51,856 bases of DNA from Nitrospinota bacterium (GTDB taxonomy: Bacteria; JADFOP01). The position numbers were made by a program, and so were the translations under genes. Below, piece after piece: positions 37,643-45,887 of the stretch (position 1 is the first letter of the stretch; each line of letters opens with the position of its first letter). The notes beneath the pieces were generated by a model, which was not told the DNA's origin, searched no databases, and saw only the letters and a list, made by a program, of their open reading frames with translations. The DNA lies in assembly GCA_022562795.1 (NCBI GenBank), contig JADFOP010000011.1, positions 1-51,856 on the forward strand. The letters are read 5' to 3'.

Positions 37643-39153
37643 GGCGCCGCGGCGCTCTTGCAGCTTCTATACTCGCTGCCCTGTCCCTCGCCATCTTCCT
37701 TCCGGGATGCGATCGGCCCGAGGCCCCAGCCCCATTACCAAGCCGGCCACCGACAACGATGTCGCCCGGCGCAAGGCGCATCGAGGCGATGAAGTTCCCG
37801 CCGCTTAAGCTAACAATCCCGAAGGTCGGCCGGGATGTGGAGCGGCTTGAGCTTGAGGGCGGCCTCGTCCTATACCTCATGGAGGACCACACGCTTCCCG
37901 TATTCGACCTCCAGGCGACCGTCCGGACCGGCAGCCTCTATACCTTCGGCGTAAAGCCCGGCCTGGCCGGCTTCGCAGGCGGCCAGATGCGAGAGGGGGG
38001 CACCGAAGCCCATCCGCCGGAGGAGCTCAACCGGCGCCTTGAGCACATGGCCGCAAGTATCGAGACGGGCGCAGGCGTAGAGTCGTTAACCGCGAGCCTA
38101 AGCTGCCTGGCAAAAGACCTGGACCAGGGGCTCGCTCTCTTCGCCGAGGTGTTCCTTCGACCCCGCTTCGATGAGGCGAAGCTTGAGCTCGCCAAGCAGG
38201 GCCACCTCGAGGGGCTCAGGCGCAGGAACGACCGGCCCGGGGCCATCGCCCACCGGGAGTTCGAAAAGCTCCTCTTCACCGAGCGCCACCCATACGGTCA
38301 CGAGCTTCGTGCCGAAGAGGCTTCGGCCATCTCCCGCGACGGCCTTCTGGCCTTCCACCGCCGGTACGTTCGGCCCAACAATACATGGATGGCTGTGGTG
38401 GGCGACTTCGACCGGGCCACCATCGTTGAGAAGATAGAGCGGGCCTTGAGCGGGTGGGCTAGGGCCGAGACGCCCCTACCTCCGCCCTTGCCGGTCACCA
38501 GGCAACCCATCGGTGGAGTCTACCTTGGAGATAAGGACCTCGCCCAAAGCCACATCGTGGTGGGCCACTACGGCACTGCCCGGCACAACCCCGACCGCTA
38601 CGCCATCAACTTAATGAACTACCTCCTGGGCGGCGGCGGGTTCGCCTCCCGCATCTTACGGCGGGTGCGGGTTGAAGAGGGGCTCGCCTACGTCGCAGGG
38701 TCCTCCTTCCCAACCGGCGGGCCTGTGCTGGGCACCTTCCGGGCCGTCAGCCAGACCAAGCCTGCCACGGCCGAGCGGGCCATTAGGATTATCCTAGAGG
38801 AGATGGAGAGGCTCCGGCGCGAGCCACCCGGCGAGGCCGAGCTCAGCCGGGCCAAAGAGGCTTTCATTAACTCCTACGTCTTCAAATTCGCCGACCCGGT
38901 GGGAAACGTCGTCAAGCTCATGAACCTAGAGTTCTTTGGCTACCCGCCAGATTACTACGAAACCCTTCTGGATAAATACCGGGCAGTCACCCCGGCAGAC
39001 ATTCAAAGGGTCGCTAAAAAATACCTCCACCCGGATAATGCTGCGATAGTCGTCGTCGGCCCTCGTGAACCGTTGGCCGCAAGCCTCGAGGCTTTTGGGC
39101 CCCTCACCCAGCTAGACCTCTCCTTGAAGCCGCTCCAGCTCACACAGCGGTGA
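37639..39153 (+). CDS. M16 peptidase, non-catalytic partner subunit (lipoprotein)
   Basis: Lipobox LPGC, no HxxEH, GGGGFASR...VRVEEGLAY; ATGA overlap. Confidence 0.9.
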   Translation: MRRRGALAASILAALSLAIFLPGCDRPEAPAPLPSRPPTTMSPGARRIEAMKFPPLKLTIPKVGRDVERLELEGGLVLYLMEDHTLPVFDLQATVRTGSLYTFGVKPGLAGFAGGQMREGGTEAHPPEELNRRLEHMAASIETGAGVESLTASLSCLAKDLDQGLALFAEVFLRPRFDEAKLELAKQGHLEGLRRRNDRPGAIAHREFEKLLFTERHPYGHELRAEEASAISRDGLLAFHRRYVRPNNTWMAVVGDFDRATIVEKIERALSGWARAETPLPPPLPVTRQPIGGVYLGDKDLAQSHIVVGHYGTARHNPDRYAINLMNYLLGGGGFASRILRRVRVEEGLAYVAGSSFPTGGPVLGTFRAVSQTKPATAERAIRIILEEMERLRREPPGEAELSRAKEAFINSYVFKFADPVGNVVKLMNLEFFGYPPDYYETLLDKYRAVTPADIQRVAKKYLHPDNAAIVVVGPREPLAASLEAFGPLTQLDLSLKPLQLTQR

Positions 39154-39218
39154 GGGGGATGATTAATATTAAGTAGTGAGGGGTCATCTGGCGTTCGTGC
39201 GACGGGCGAGGGAAGGGG

Positions 39219-40769
39219 TCAGCGCCTCGGCCTGGTGGGCAGCGGCTCGGGGACGTGGGTGGGTAGCCGGACGGGGGCCGTGGGGGCCGGGGATGTGGCC
39301 TCAGGCCGCTCCGGGAGGGCGGCTGATGGCGAATCTTCGCTCTTCGGCAGGTCGGCCCAGCTTATAGCCATGCTGGCGCGGAAGCGGTCGAAATCGAGGC
39401 CCTCTTCCCACTCCAGACTGTAGTCGGCCCGCTCGCCGGGCCTTAGGAATTGGCGCTCGAGCCGCGCGAACCGCTGGGTGTGGAGGTTCCCGCTCATGCG
39501 GTCGAAGAGCCGGATGATGATATCGATGGAGGCCACCGGGTGGTCGCCCACGTTGACGACGAATCCGCGGAGGACGGGCTCGCCCTCCTCGGTCGCCGGC
39601 TTCGGGACGCTCACTTTGAGGGCGTCGCCGGGCTCTACCTCGTCGCCTCCGAAGAAGGTCGGCCTCTTTGCCCCGGACGGGCCCGCATCGCGTGCGGATG
39701 CTTCCCGGAGGGCCTGGTCGGCCTCGGGGTCCTCGATGATGGCCTTGACCTCGATGTCGAATTGGCCCGAGAGCTTCGGCGTGTTGGCCACCGACAGCCG
39801 CCAGGTCCCCCGCTGGCCGGGCTCCAGGCTTTCAGGCTCAGTGTGGGCCTCCACCTCGGATACGGTGCGCTGAGCCCGGTCGAGGAACCTGCAGACGATG
39901 GTTACATACTTGGCGGTAGCCCGCTCGGAGGTGTTGACGACTTGGCCCTCAACCACGTACCGGCCCCTCTCGATGCGGGTGACGGGGTCCTCTACCTGGA
40001 GGATGCCGGTCGAGCCCTGGGCCCGCCGCCGCTCCTTCTCAAGCTTTCTGAGACCTCGTTTGCCCCCCTGGTGAGAGGCGTCGAGGGAAAGGGCCTTCCG
40101 GTAGGCCTCCTCAGCCTGAGATAAGTCGCCCATTGCCTGGTAGACGTCGCCGAGGGCCGCGTGGGTGGTCGGGTCGTTATGCTTGAAGGTGAGGGCCCGC
40201 TTGAGGTGGGCCTCGGCGGCTTGCCACTGGCCCCGCCTAGTGGCGAGCACCGCCAGGGCGATGTCTATGGCCGGGTCGGTGGGATCGAGCCCCTGGGCCG
40301 TGGTGAGCTCCGTCTCTGCCATCCTGGTCTTGCCCTGATCGAGGTAGGCCCGGCCTAGAAGCAGATGTGCCTTCGGGCGCCGAGGATCCAGGCGGACCGC
40401 ATCGAGAAGGACCTCCTCGGCTTCGTCCAGCCGCCCGATCTTCATCAGGACGATGCCGAGGTTAAGGTGGATCGGCACGTTCTCGGGGGCGACCCGAAGG
40501 GCCTCGCGCCACTCGGTCACCGCCCCTTCGAGATCGCCCCTCTCAACCAGAGCAACGGCCCTACGGTTGTGTTCGGCTACGATGTCGAAGCTCTGGGCAG
40601 GGGCTGCAGGGGCTCCGACGGCTGCGAGGGCGCAGAAGAAAAGACCGGCGGCCGCCCATTTCGTGAACCGAGCGGCGCGGGCAGCCGAAACCTTGCGGGG
40701 AAGCCATGTGGGATTGGTCATGCCGGTCCTCTCGGCGAGGGTTATATCACGGGCCTTTGTGGCGGGCAA
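39219..40769 (-). CDS. Exported TPR protein with two FxLYD-type domains
   Basis: Several TPRs, then VEGQVVN...RFLDR and LRGFVVN...RLFDR. Start uncertain. Confidence 0.75.
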   Translation of the reverse strand: MPATKARDITLAERTGMTNPTWLPRKVSAARAARFTKWAAAGLFFCALAAVGAPAAPAQSFDIVAEHNRRAVALVERGDLEGAVTEWREALRVAPENVPIHLNLGIVLMKIGRLDEAEEVLLDAVRLDPRRPKAHLLLGRAYLDQGKTRMAETELTTAQGLDPTDPAIDIALAVLATRRGQWQAAEAHLKRALTFKHNDPTTHAALGDVYQAMGDLSQAEEAYRKALSLDASHQGGKRGLRKLEKERRRAQGSTGILQVEDPVTRIERGRYVVEGQVVNTSERATAKYVTIVCRFLDRAQRTVSEVEAHTEPESLEPGQRGTWRLSVANTPKLSGQFDIEVKAIIEDPEADQALREASARDAGPSGAKRPTFFGGDEVEPGDALKVSVPKPATEEGEPVLRGFVVNVGDHPVASIDIIIRLFDRMSGNLHTQRFARLERQFLRPGERADYSLEWEEGLDFDRFRASMAISWADLPKSEDSPSAALPERPEATSPAPTAPVRLPTHVPEPLPTRPRR

Positions 40770-40790
40770 CCCTCGGCCCAGCGAAAAGAG

Positions 40791-40819
40791 TTGACATGAG
40801 GCAACCGCCCGCCTACTTT
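40791..40819 (+). promoter_or_regulatory. Sigma70 promoter for the M48 operon
   Basis: TTGACA-N17-TACTTT. Confidence 0.5.
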
Positions 40820-42345
40820 TGTTGTCTAACGAAGGGATGAATGATATGAGCCAGATGGATTTGAAGAGGGGAGGTCGAATGCGCCGCGTTTTTCACTGGG
40901 TCGGGCTGGCTGCGGCCGGGCTCCTGGTGGCTGGCTGTGTCACCAATCCGGTCTCCCAAGAGCGGGAGTTCACGCTGGTGACCGAGTCCCAGGAGATCGA
41001 GATCGGCCGGGCGGCCCACGGGGAGATTCTCAAGCAGTTCGGCCAACATCCTGATTCGAGCCTGGAGAAGTACGTAGCCGGAGTGGGAGTGAAAATTGCA
41101 TCGGTCAGCCACAGAAAGCACCTGCCGTATCGGTTCACCGTGCTCGATAGCCCCATCTTAAACGCCTTCGCCCTGCCGGGGGGCGGCATATACGTGACCC
41201 GAGGGCTGCTGGCCGCTCTTAACAGCGAGGCGGAGCTGGCGGCGGTCCTCGGCCATGAGGTCGGCCACGTCACGGCCCGCCACGGCGCCCAGGCCGCCAC
41301 GCGGATCACGGGATACCAGCTCTTGAGCGGCCTGCTGGGTGCCCTGGACACCCGGCTAGCGAAATTGAAGCCCATAAGCGACGCAACGGCGGGTCTCATC
41401 TTCTTAAAGTACGGGCGTGAGGCCGAATATGAGGCCGACCAGATCGGAGCCAGGTATACCTACGATGCCGGTTACGACCCTCGATGGCTCGGGGCCTTCC
41501 TCCGAAGCCTCGCCGCCCAGGAAAAGGGTCGGGATGTGCCGCCGGAGTTTCTCTCGACCCACCCATCGACCCCCAATCGTATCGCTCAAGTCGACGCGCT
41601 GGCTGCTGAGCTCACCGCCTCAGGCACAAGACGGCTGGAGGTAGGCTCCAGCCCCTATAAGCAGCGCCTGGAGGGGCTCATCTACGGACCGGGGCCTCTT
41701 GGCTGGGTCTGGTCGGGAAGGCGGCTGGCCAACCAGGCTCACCGAATCTCCCTCAAGCCCCCCAAGGGGTGGGATGTAAAGACCGAGCGGCTCGCCTTCT
41801 CCATCCAGCACCGCCGCCTCAAAGGCGTAACGGCGGAGTGGCGCGTCCACGAGAAGGTGTCGACATTGCGGGTGGGCCGCTTCGCCGAGAAGATCGAGAA
41901 GCGCCTCAAGCTGGAAGGTGGGAAACGGTCGCCCTTTCGCCTAGGGCCGCTCGAAGGTATTAAGGCAATCTACTTCGGCCGCAGCCAGGGCACTGATGCG
42001 GCCCTCATCATCTACTACGCTATAGACGGGCGGGCCGGGTACACTTTATCGGCCATCGCCCCGGTGGAATTCCGGGACAAGATCGAGCCTGTCTACGACG
42101 TGCTGGCCCGCTCCCTGCTGAAACTGAGGGCCGAAGAGGCCAACGCCCTGCCCATCCAGCGGGTCCATCTCGAGCGGGTGCGTTCCGGCGAGGGGCTTGC
42201 TAAGCTTGTCCGGCGGGTCTATGGTAACTCTGATCACGTGGAGGCCATCGCCCTCCTGAACGGAGTGTCGCCTGAGGCCACCCTCACCGACGGGAGCCTC
42301 ATCAAAGTCGTCCTCCCTTCACCTACCATCAGGAGGTCCGAATGA
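40819..42345 (+). CDS. M48-family metalloprotease lipoprotein with C-terminal LysM-like domain
   Basis: Lipobox VAGC, NAFALPGG, HEVGH, EYEAD, FLSTHP; VRSGEGL...IALLNG. The true start is probably downstream (e.g. ATG 40879). Confidence 0.9.
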   Translation: MLSNEGMNDMSQMDLKRGGRMRRVFHWVGLAAAGLLVAGCVTNPVSQEREFTLVTESQEIEIGRAAHGEILKQFGQHPDSSLEKYVAGVGVKIASVSHRKHLPYRFTVLDSPILNAFALPGGGIYVTRGLLAALNSEAELAAVLGHEVGHVTARHGAQAATRITGYQLLSGLLGALDTRLAKLKPISDATAGLIFLKYGREAEYEADQIGARYTYDAGYDPRWLGAFLRSLAAQEKGRDVPPEFLSTHPSTPNRIAQVDALAAELTASGTRRLEVGSSPYKQRLEGLIYGPGPLGWVWSGRRLANQAHRISLKPPKGWDVKTERLAFSIQHRRLKGVTAEWRVHEKVSTLRVGRFAEKIEKRLKLEGGKRSPFRLGPLEGIKAIYFGRSQGTDAALIIYYAIDGRAGYTLSAIAPVEFRDKIEPVYDVLARSLLKLRAEEANALPIQRVHLERVRSGEGLAKLVRRVYGNSDHVEAIALLNGVSPEATLTDGSLIKVVLPSPTIRRSE

Positions 42346-42896
42346 AGGAGAGCTACAATAGGGCGGTGATAGCAGTCTTGGCGACGATGGGCCTTTTTCT
42401 CGTTCTCAATAGCCCGGCGGCGCCTGTGGGCGTCGAGACGCTCCAGCAGCTGGGTTTATCGCCCGTCCGGGGCATTGTCTTGGCGCCGGACTTCGTTCTG
42501 CCGACTCTCAACGGCGGCGATATGAGTCTGGTCGAGCACCGAGGCAAAGTCGTTATACTTAACTTCTGGACGACCTGGTGACCGTGGTGCCTCAGGGAGC
42601 GGGCCGCTCTCCAAGAACTCCACGAACTCTACGACGGTCGGGGCCTCGTGCTGCTCGCCATCTCTATGGATCGACCGGGCCGATCGGTGGTGGAGCCTTA
42701 CAAGAAGCGTAACCGCCTCACCTTCCCTCACCTTTTGGACGACCGTCTTGAGGTGAGCCGAACCTATGGGGTGCGGGCCACGCCGATGACCCTCATCGTA
42801 AACAAGCAGGGGCACGTAGTCGCCCGCGTCATCGGGGCCAGGCCCTGGGCAGACCCTGAATTTCAGCGACTTTTCGAGGAATTGATTGACGAGTAG
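42342..42896 (+). CDS. TlpA/ResA-like thioredoxin-fold selenoprotein (UxxC), TGA read as Sec
   Basis: Two in-frame ORF-track fragments join across TGA 42579-42581: APDFVLPTLNG...GKVVILNFWTTW-U-PWCLRE...YGVRATPMT...GARPW. Confidence 0.88.
42595..42611 (+). promoter_or_regulatory. Candidate bacterial SECIS hairpin
   Basis: GGGAGCG-GGC-CGCTCTC stem-loop; G-leading loop 20 nt after the TGA. Confidence 0.6.
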
Positions 42897-42945
42897 TGAG
42901 CGCGGCCCGTCTTCGTAAGGATGATTTCGTCCCGCTCGCCGCTCT

Positions 42946-43127
42946 TATCCTGTTGAAAAATCAACGAGTTGGGAAACATCGGCGGCGGCGGGTGTTCCGC
43001 GGGGGGCGAAATTCCTGAAATCTATTGAAATGTATGGGGTTATGTGGTCGCCTAAAGATTAGGCAATCTGCAATAAAGGCTTAAAAAACAGAGCGTTAGA
43101 ACGACATCCAACAGCGTTTTCAACGGG
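42946..43127. repeat. AT-rich element with terminal inverted repeats and three ~25-bp imperfect palindromes
   Basis: CCTGTTGAAAA (42949) / TTTTCAACGGG (to 43127), 10 of 11 complementary; internal TAA..TT..TTA-type motifs. Confidence 0.4.
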
Positions 43128-43209
43128 CCTTTCACAGAAATTGTGGAAAGGTTTCCCCCGGCGGTGGAACGTGAGGAAGAGACGGAATTCGTTCCGGGCC
43201 TCTCGTTCA

Positions 43210-43237
43210 ATTTTCCGGGATTTTCCGGGATTTTCCG
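43210..43237. repeat. Tandem decamer ATTTTCCGGG, ~2.8 copies
   Basis: attttccggg attttccggg attttccg, read directly. Confidence 0.8.
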
Positions 43238-43288
43238 AATATGGCCGTGAAATTATGGTTTTTCCAACTCCCTGAAAATGGGCCGATA

Positions 43289-44230
43289 ATGAAAATGCCT
43301 CTTAGGCTGGTGCGGCGTGGGTTTGCGGCGCTTATGGTCGTTGTGGGCCTGGTGTGCCTAGCACTGCCCGCGCAGGCTCGAGCGGGCCGCCTCAAGGTGC
43401 TCACCACCATTCGCCCCTTGTACGCCTTCACCGTCCAGGTTGCCGGAGAGGCGGCCACGGTGGAAAGCCTCCTCCCGCCGGGGGTGGGTCCACACAACTA
43501 CGCCTTGCGCCCCTCGGACGCCGCTCGGCTCCATGGGGCTGACGTCCTCGTCATCAACGGTCTGGGGCTTGAGACCTGGCTTGAGGGCGCGGTGGATGCC
43601 GTCGGAAAGCCGGGCCTTATCGTCATAGATACCAGCGTTGGCATAAAGCCGTTGCCCCTAAGAGTGCTGAGCGCCCGTCAGGAGAGGCGTGCCGAGGCGG
43701 GCGGCCACGCCGAGGGCCGGTGGGACCCGCATATTTGGCTCGACCCCGTGCGGGCAATCCGCCAGGTCGAGAACATCCGGGATGGACTCGCCAGAGCCGA
43801 CCCTGCCAGCGCGGCCGTCTACGCTTCCAACGCAAAAGAGGCCATCGGGCGGCTCGAGGCGCTCCATGGGGAGATGATGGTCGTGACCGCCCGGTTCCGG
43901 CATCGCGAACTTATGACTTTCCATACAGCCTTCCAGTACTTCGCCCGCCGATACGGCCTCAGTGTGGTCGCTGTGGTCGAAGATGCTCCCGGCAAAGAGC
44001 CGACGCCGAAGTTCCTTGCCCGCCTCCATAAGCTCATCGAACGCCACGGACTCAGGGTCATCTACACCGAGCCCCAGTACCGTTCTCGGGTTGCCGAGGT
44101 GCTGGCCCGGGACATGGGACTTGAGGCAGCCGAGCTCGACCCCGGGGTCACGGGGCCCCTTGGGCCCGAGGCCTACGAGGCGGTCATGCGCAAAAATTTG
44201 AAGGTCTTATCCCGTTTTCAGAGCCCTTAG
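43289..44230 (+). CDS. Zn/Mn ABC transporter substrate-binding protein (ZnuA/TroA family)
   Basis: PHNY, NGLGLE, DPHIWLDP, FHTAFQYF. Confidence 0.92.
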   Translation: MKMPLRLVRRGFAALMVVVGLVCLALPAQARAGRLKVLTTIRPLYAFTVQVAGEAATVESLLPPGVGPHNYALRPSDAARLHGADVLVINGLGLETWLEGAVDAVGKPGLIVIDTSVGIKPLPLRVLSARQERRAEAGGHAEGRWDPHIWLDPVRAIRQVENIRDGLARADPASAAVYASNAKEAIGRLEALHGEMMVVTARFRHRELMTFHTAFQYFARRYGLSVVAVVEDAPGKEPTPKFLARLHKLIERHGLRVIYTEPQYRSRVAEVLARDMGLEAAELDPGVTGPLGPEAYEAVMRKNLKVLSRFQSP

Positions 44231-44304
44231 GCGCTCCTTGCGGGCGGACAGGCTGCGTGCTACTATCATACGCCCCCCACGCCCGAAGGCCCTAGGAGAG
44301 CGCC

Positions 44305-45081
44305 ATGTCGTACCTGGAGATCGACGAACTCACGGTGGAGCTGGATGGAATCCGCGTGCTGGATCGGGTCTCACTGGCCCTTGAAAAGGGAGAGGTGGCG
44401 GCAATCGTCGGGCCCAACGGCGCGGGCAAGACGACACTGTTGAAGGCCGTTCTCGGATTGGTGCCCGTCGTCTCAGGCACGGTGAGCGTTGCTGGCCGAA
44501 AGGTCGAGCCGCACCACCGCGGGGCGCTCCCCATCGGATACGTCCCGCAGCGGATGGAGTTCGACCGGGGCTTCCCAATCACGGTGGCCGAATTCGCTGG
44601 GCTCCGCCTTTCAGCCGCCGGCCCCACCGCATTCTTGCAGCACCGGGGGGAGACGCGAGCCCTGGTCATGGAGGCCCTCCATCGGGTCGGGGCGGGCCAT
44701 TTGGCCCAGCGCCTTCTAGGCCGGCTTTCGGGGGGCGAGCTCCAACGACCCCTCATAGCCTTCGCCCTTCTGGGCAACCCTGAGATCCTCTTCCTCGACG
44801 AGCCCCTGGCAGGGCTCGACATTTCGGGCGAGGAGACCCTCTACCAGCTCGTCGACGAGCTGCGCCGCACTTCTCCCCCACTGACGGTCCTCATGGTTTC
44901 CCACGACCTCCAGGTTGTCTACCGGAGGGCCAGTCGGGTGTTTTGCCTCAATCGCAGCATAGTCTGTTCGGGCTCGCCCACCGAGGTGCTGACCGACGAG
45001 AACTTGCGCCGAGCCTACGGCGCAATGGTTGGTTTCTACGAGCATGACCACCCCCATTCAGAGGAGGCCGTTGATGGGTGA
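44305..45081 (+). CDS. Metal ABC transporter ATP-binding protein (ZnuC-like)
   Basis: GPNGAGKT, IGYVPQ, LSGGE, LDEP, VSHDL; His-rich tail. Confidence 0.93.
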   Translation: MSYLEIDELTVELDGIRVLDRVSLALEKGEVAAIVGPNGAGKTTLLKAVLGLVPVVSGTVSVAGRKVEPHHRGALPIGYVPQRMEFDRGFPITVAEFAGLRLSAAGPTAFLQHRGETRALVMEALHRVGAGHLAQRLLGRLSGGELQRPLIAFALLGNPEILFLDEPLAGLDISGEETLYQLVDELRRTSPPLTVLMVSHDLQVVYRRASRVFCLNRSIVCSGSPTEVLTDENLRRAYGAMVGFYEHDHPHSEEAVDG

Positions 45082-45883
45082 GATTCTCGCTTACCCGTTT
45101 ATGCAGCGGGCGCTCCTTGCCGCTGTAATAATAGGGCCTTTGTGCGCCTTCCTAGGCGTCTTCGTCATCCTTCGCCAGATGGCCTTCTTCTCAGACGCCA
45201 TCGCCCACGCGGCGCTGACGGGCATAGCGCTTGGCCTGCTGCTACAGATCCACCCAATGGCCGTTCTCGTCGTCTTCTCCCTCCTGGTGGCCGCGGCCAT
45301 AGTCTTCACATCTGAACGGACGACCCTGCCACAAGACACCGTGATAGGGGTCTACTTCTCTGGAGCGCTGGCCTTCGGGGTGCTCGTGCTAAACGCCATG
45401 GAGGGCTACCCGATTGATCTCTTCGCGTTTCTCTTTGGCGACATCTTGGTTGTGGGGCCCCTGGACCTCTTTATCATGGCGGCCCTGGCGATCGGCGTTG
45501 TGGCGGTGGTTATGTCCCGCCTGCGCGTCTTCGTGCTTTTGACCCTAAGCCCAGACCTCGCCCGGGCCGAGGGCCTACCGGTGAGGCTCTATCACTATAT
45601 CTTCGTGGGCCTTCTTGCCCTCGTGGTCACGGCGGGGCTTAAGATCGTGGGCGTTATCCTTGTGAGCGCTCTAATCGTCATCCCGGCCGCTGCTGCTCGG
45701 AACCTCGCCCAGACCTTCTCGGCGATGCTGGCGCTGAGCGCCGCCCTCGGGCTGGCTTCAAGCCTTGCCGGCGTAGTCACCTCCTTCCACTTCGACACTC
45801 CCACGGGCCCCACCATCGTCATGGTCTCCATCGCCATCTTCGCTGCCTCTTGCCTGTGGCCGCAGCGGGTGGCGCGCGCCTGA
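45074..45883 (+). CDS. Metal ABC transporter permease (ZnuB-like)
   Basis: FMQRAL, DAIAHAAL, FLFGDIL, TGPTIV. Confidence 0.93.
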   Translation: MGEILAYPFMQRALLAAVIIGPLCAFLGVFVILRQMAFFSDAIAHAALTGIALGLLLQIHPMAVLVVFSLLVAAAIVFTSERTTLPQDTVIGVYFSGALAFGVLVLNAMEGYPIDLFAFLFGDILVVGPLDLFIMAALAIGVVAVVMSRLRVFVLLTLSPDLARAEGLPVRLYHYIFVGLLALVVTAGLKIVGVILVSALIVIPAAAARNLAQTFSAMLALSAALGLASSLAGVVTSFHFDTPTGPTIVMVSIAIFAASCLWPQRVARA

Positions 45884-45887
45884 ATGC

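Noticed and set aside
42342-42896. Nonsense pseudogene or two separate small genes
   Set aside because: The stop is TGA exactly at the catalytic Cys position, both halves look intact, and a SECIS-like hairpin follows.
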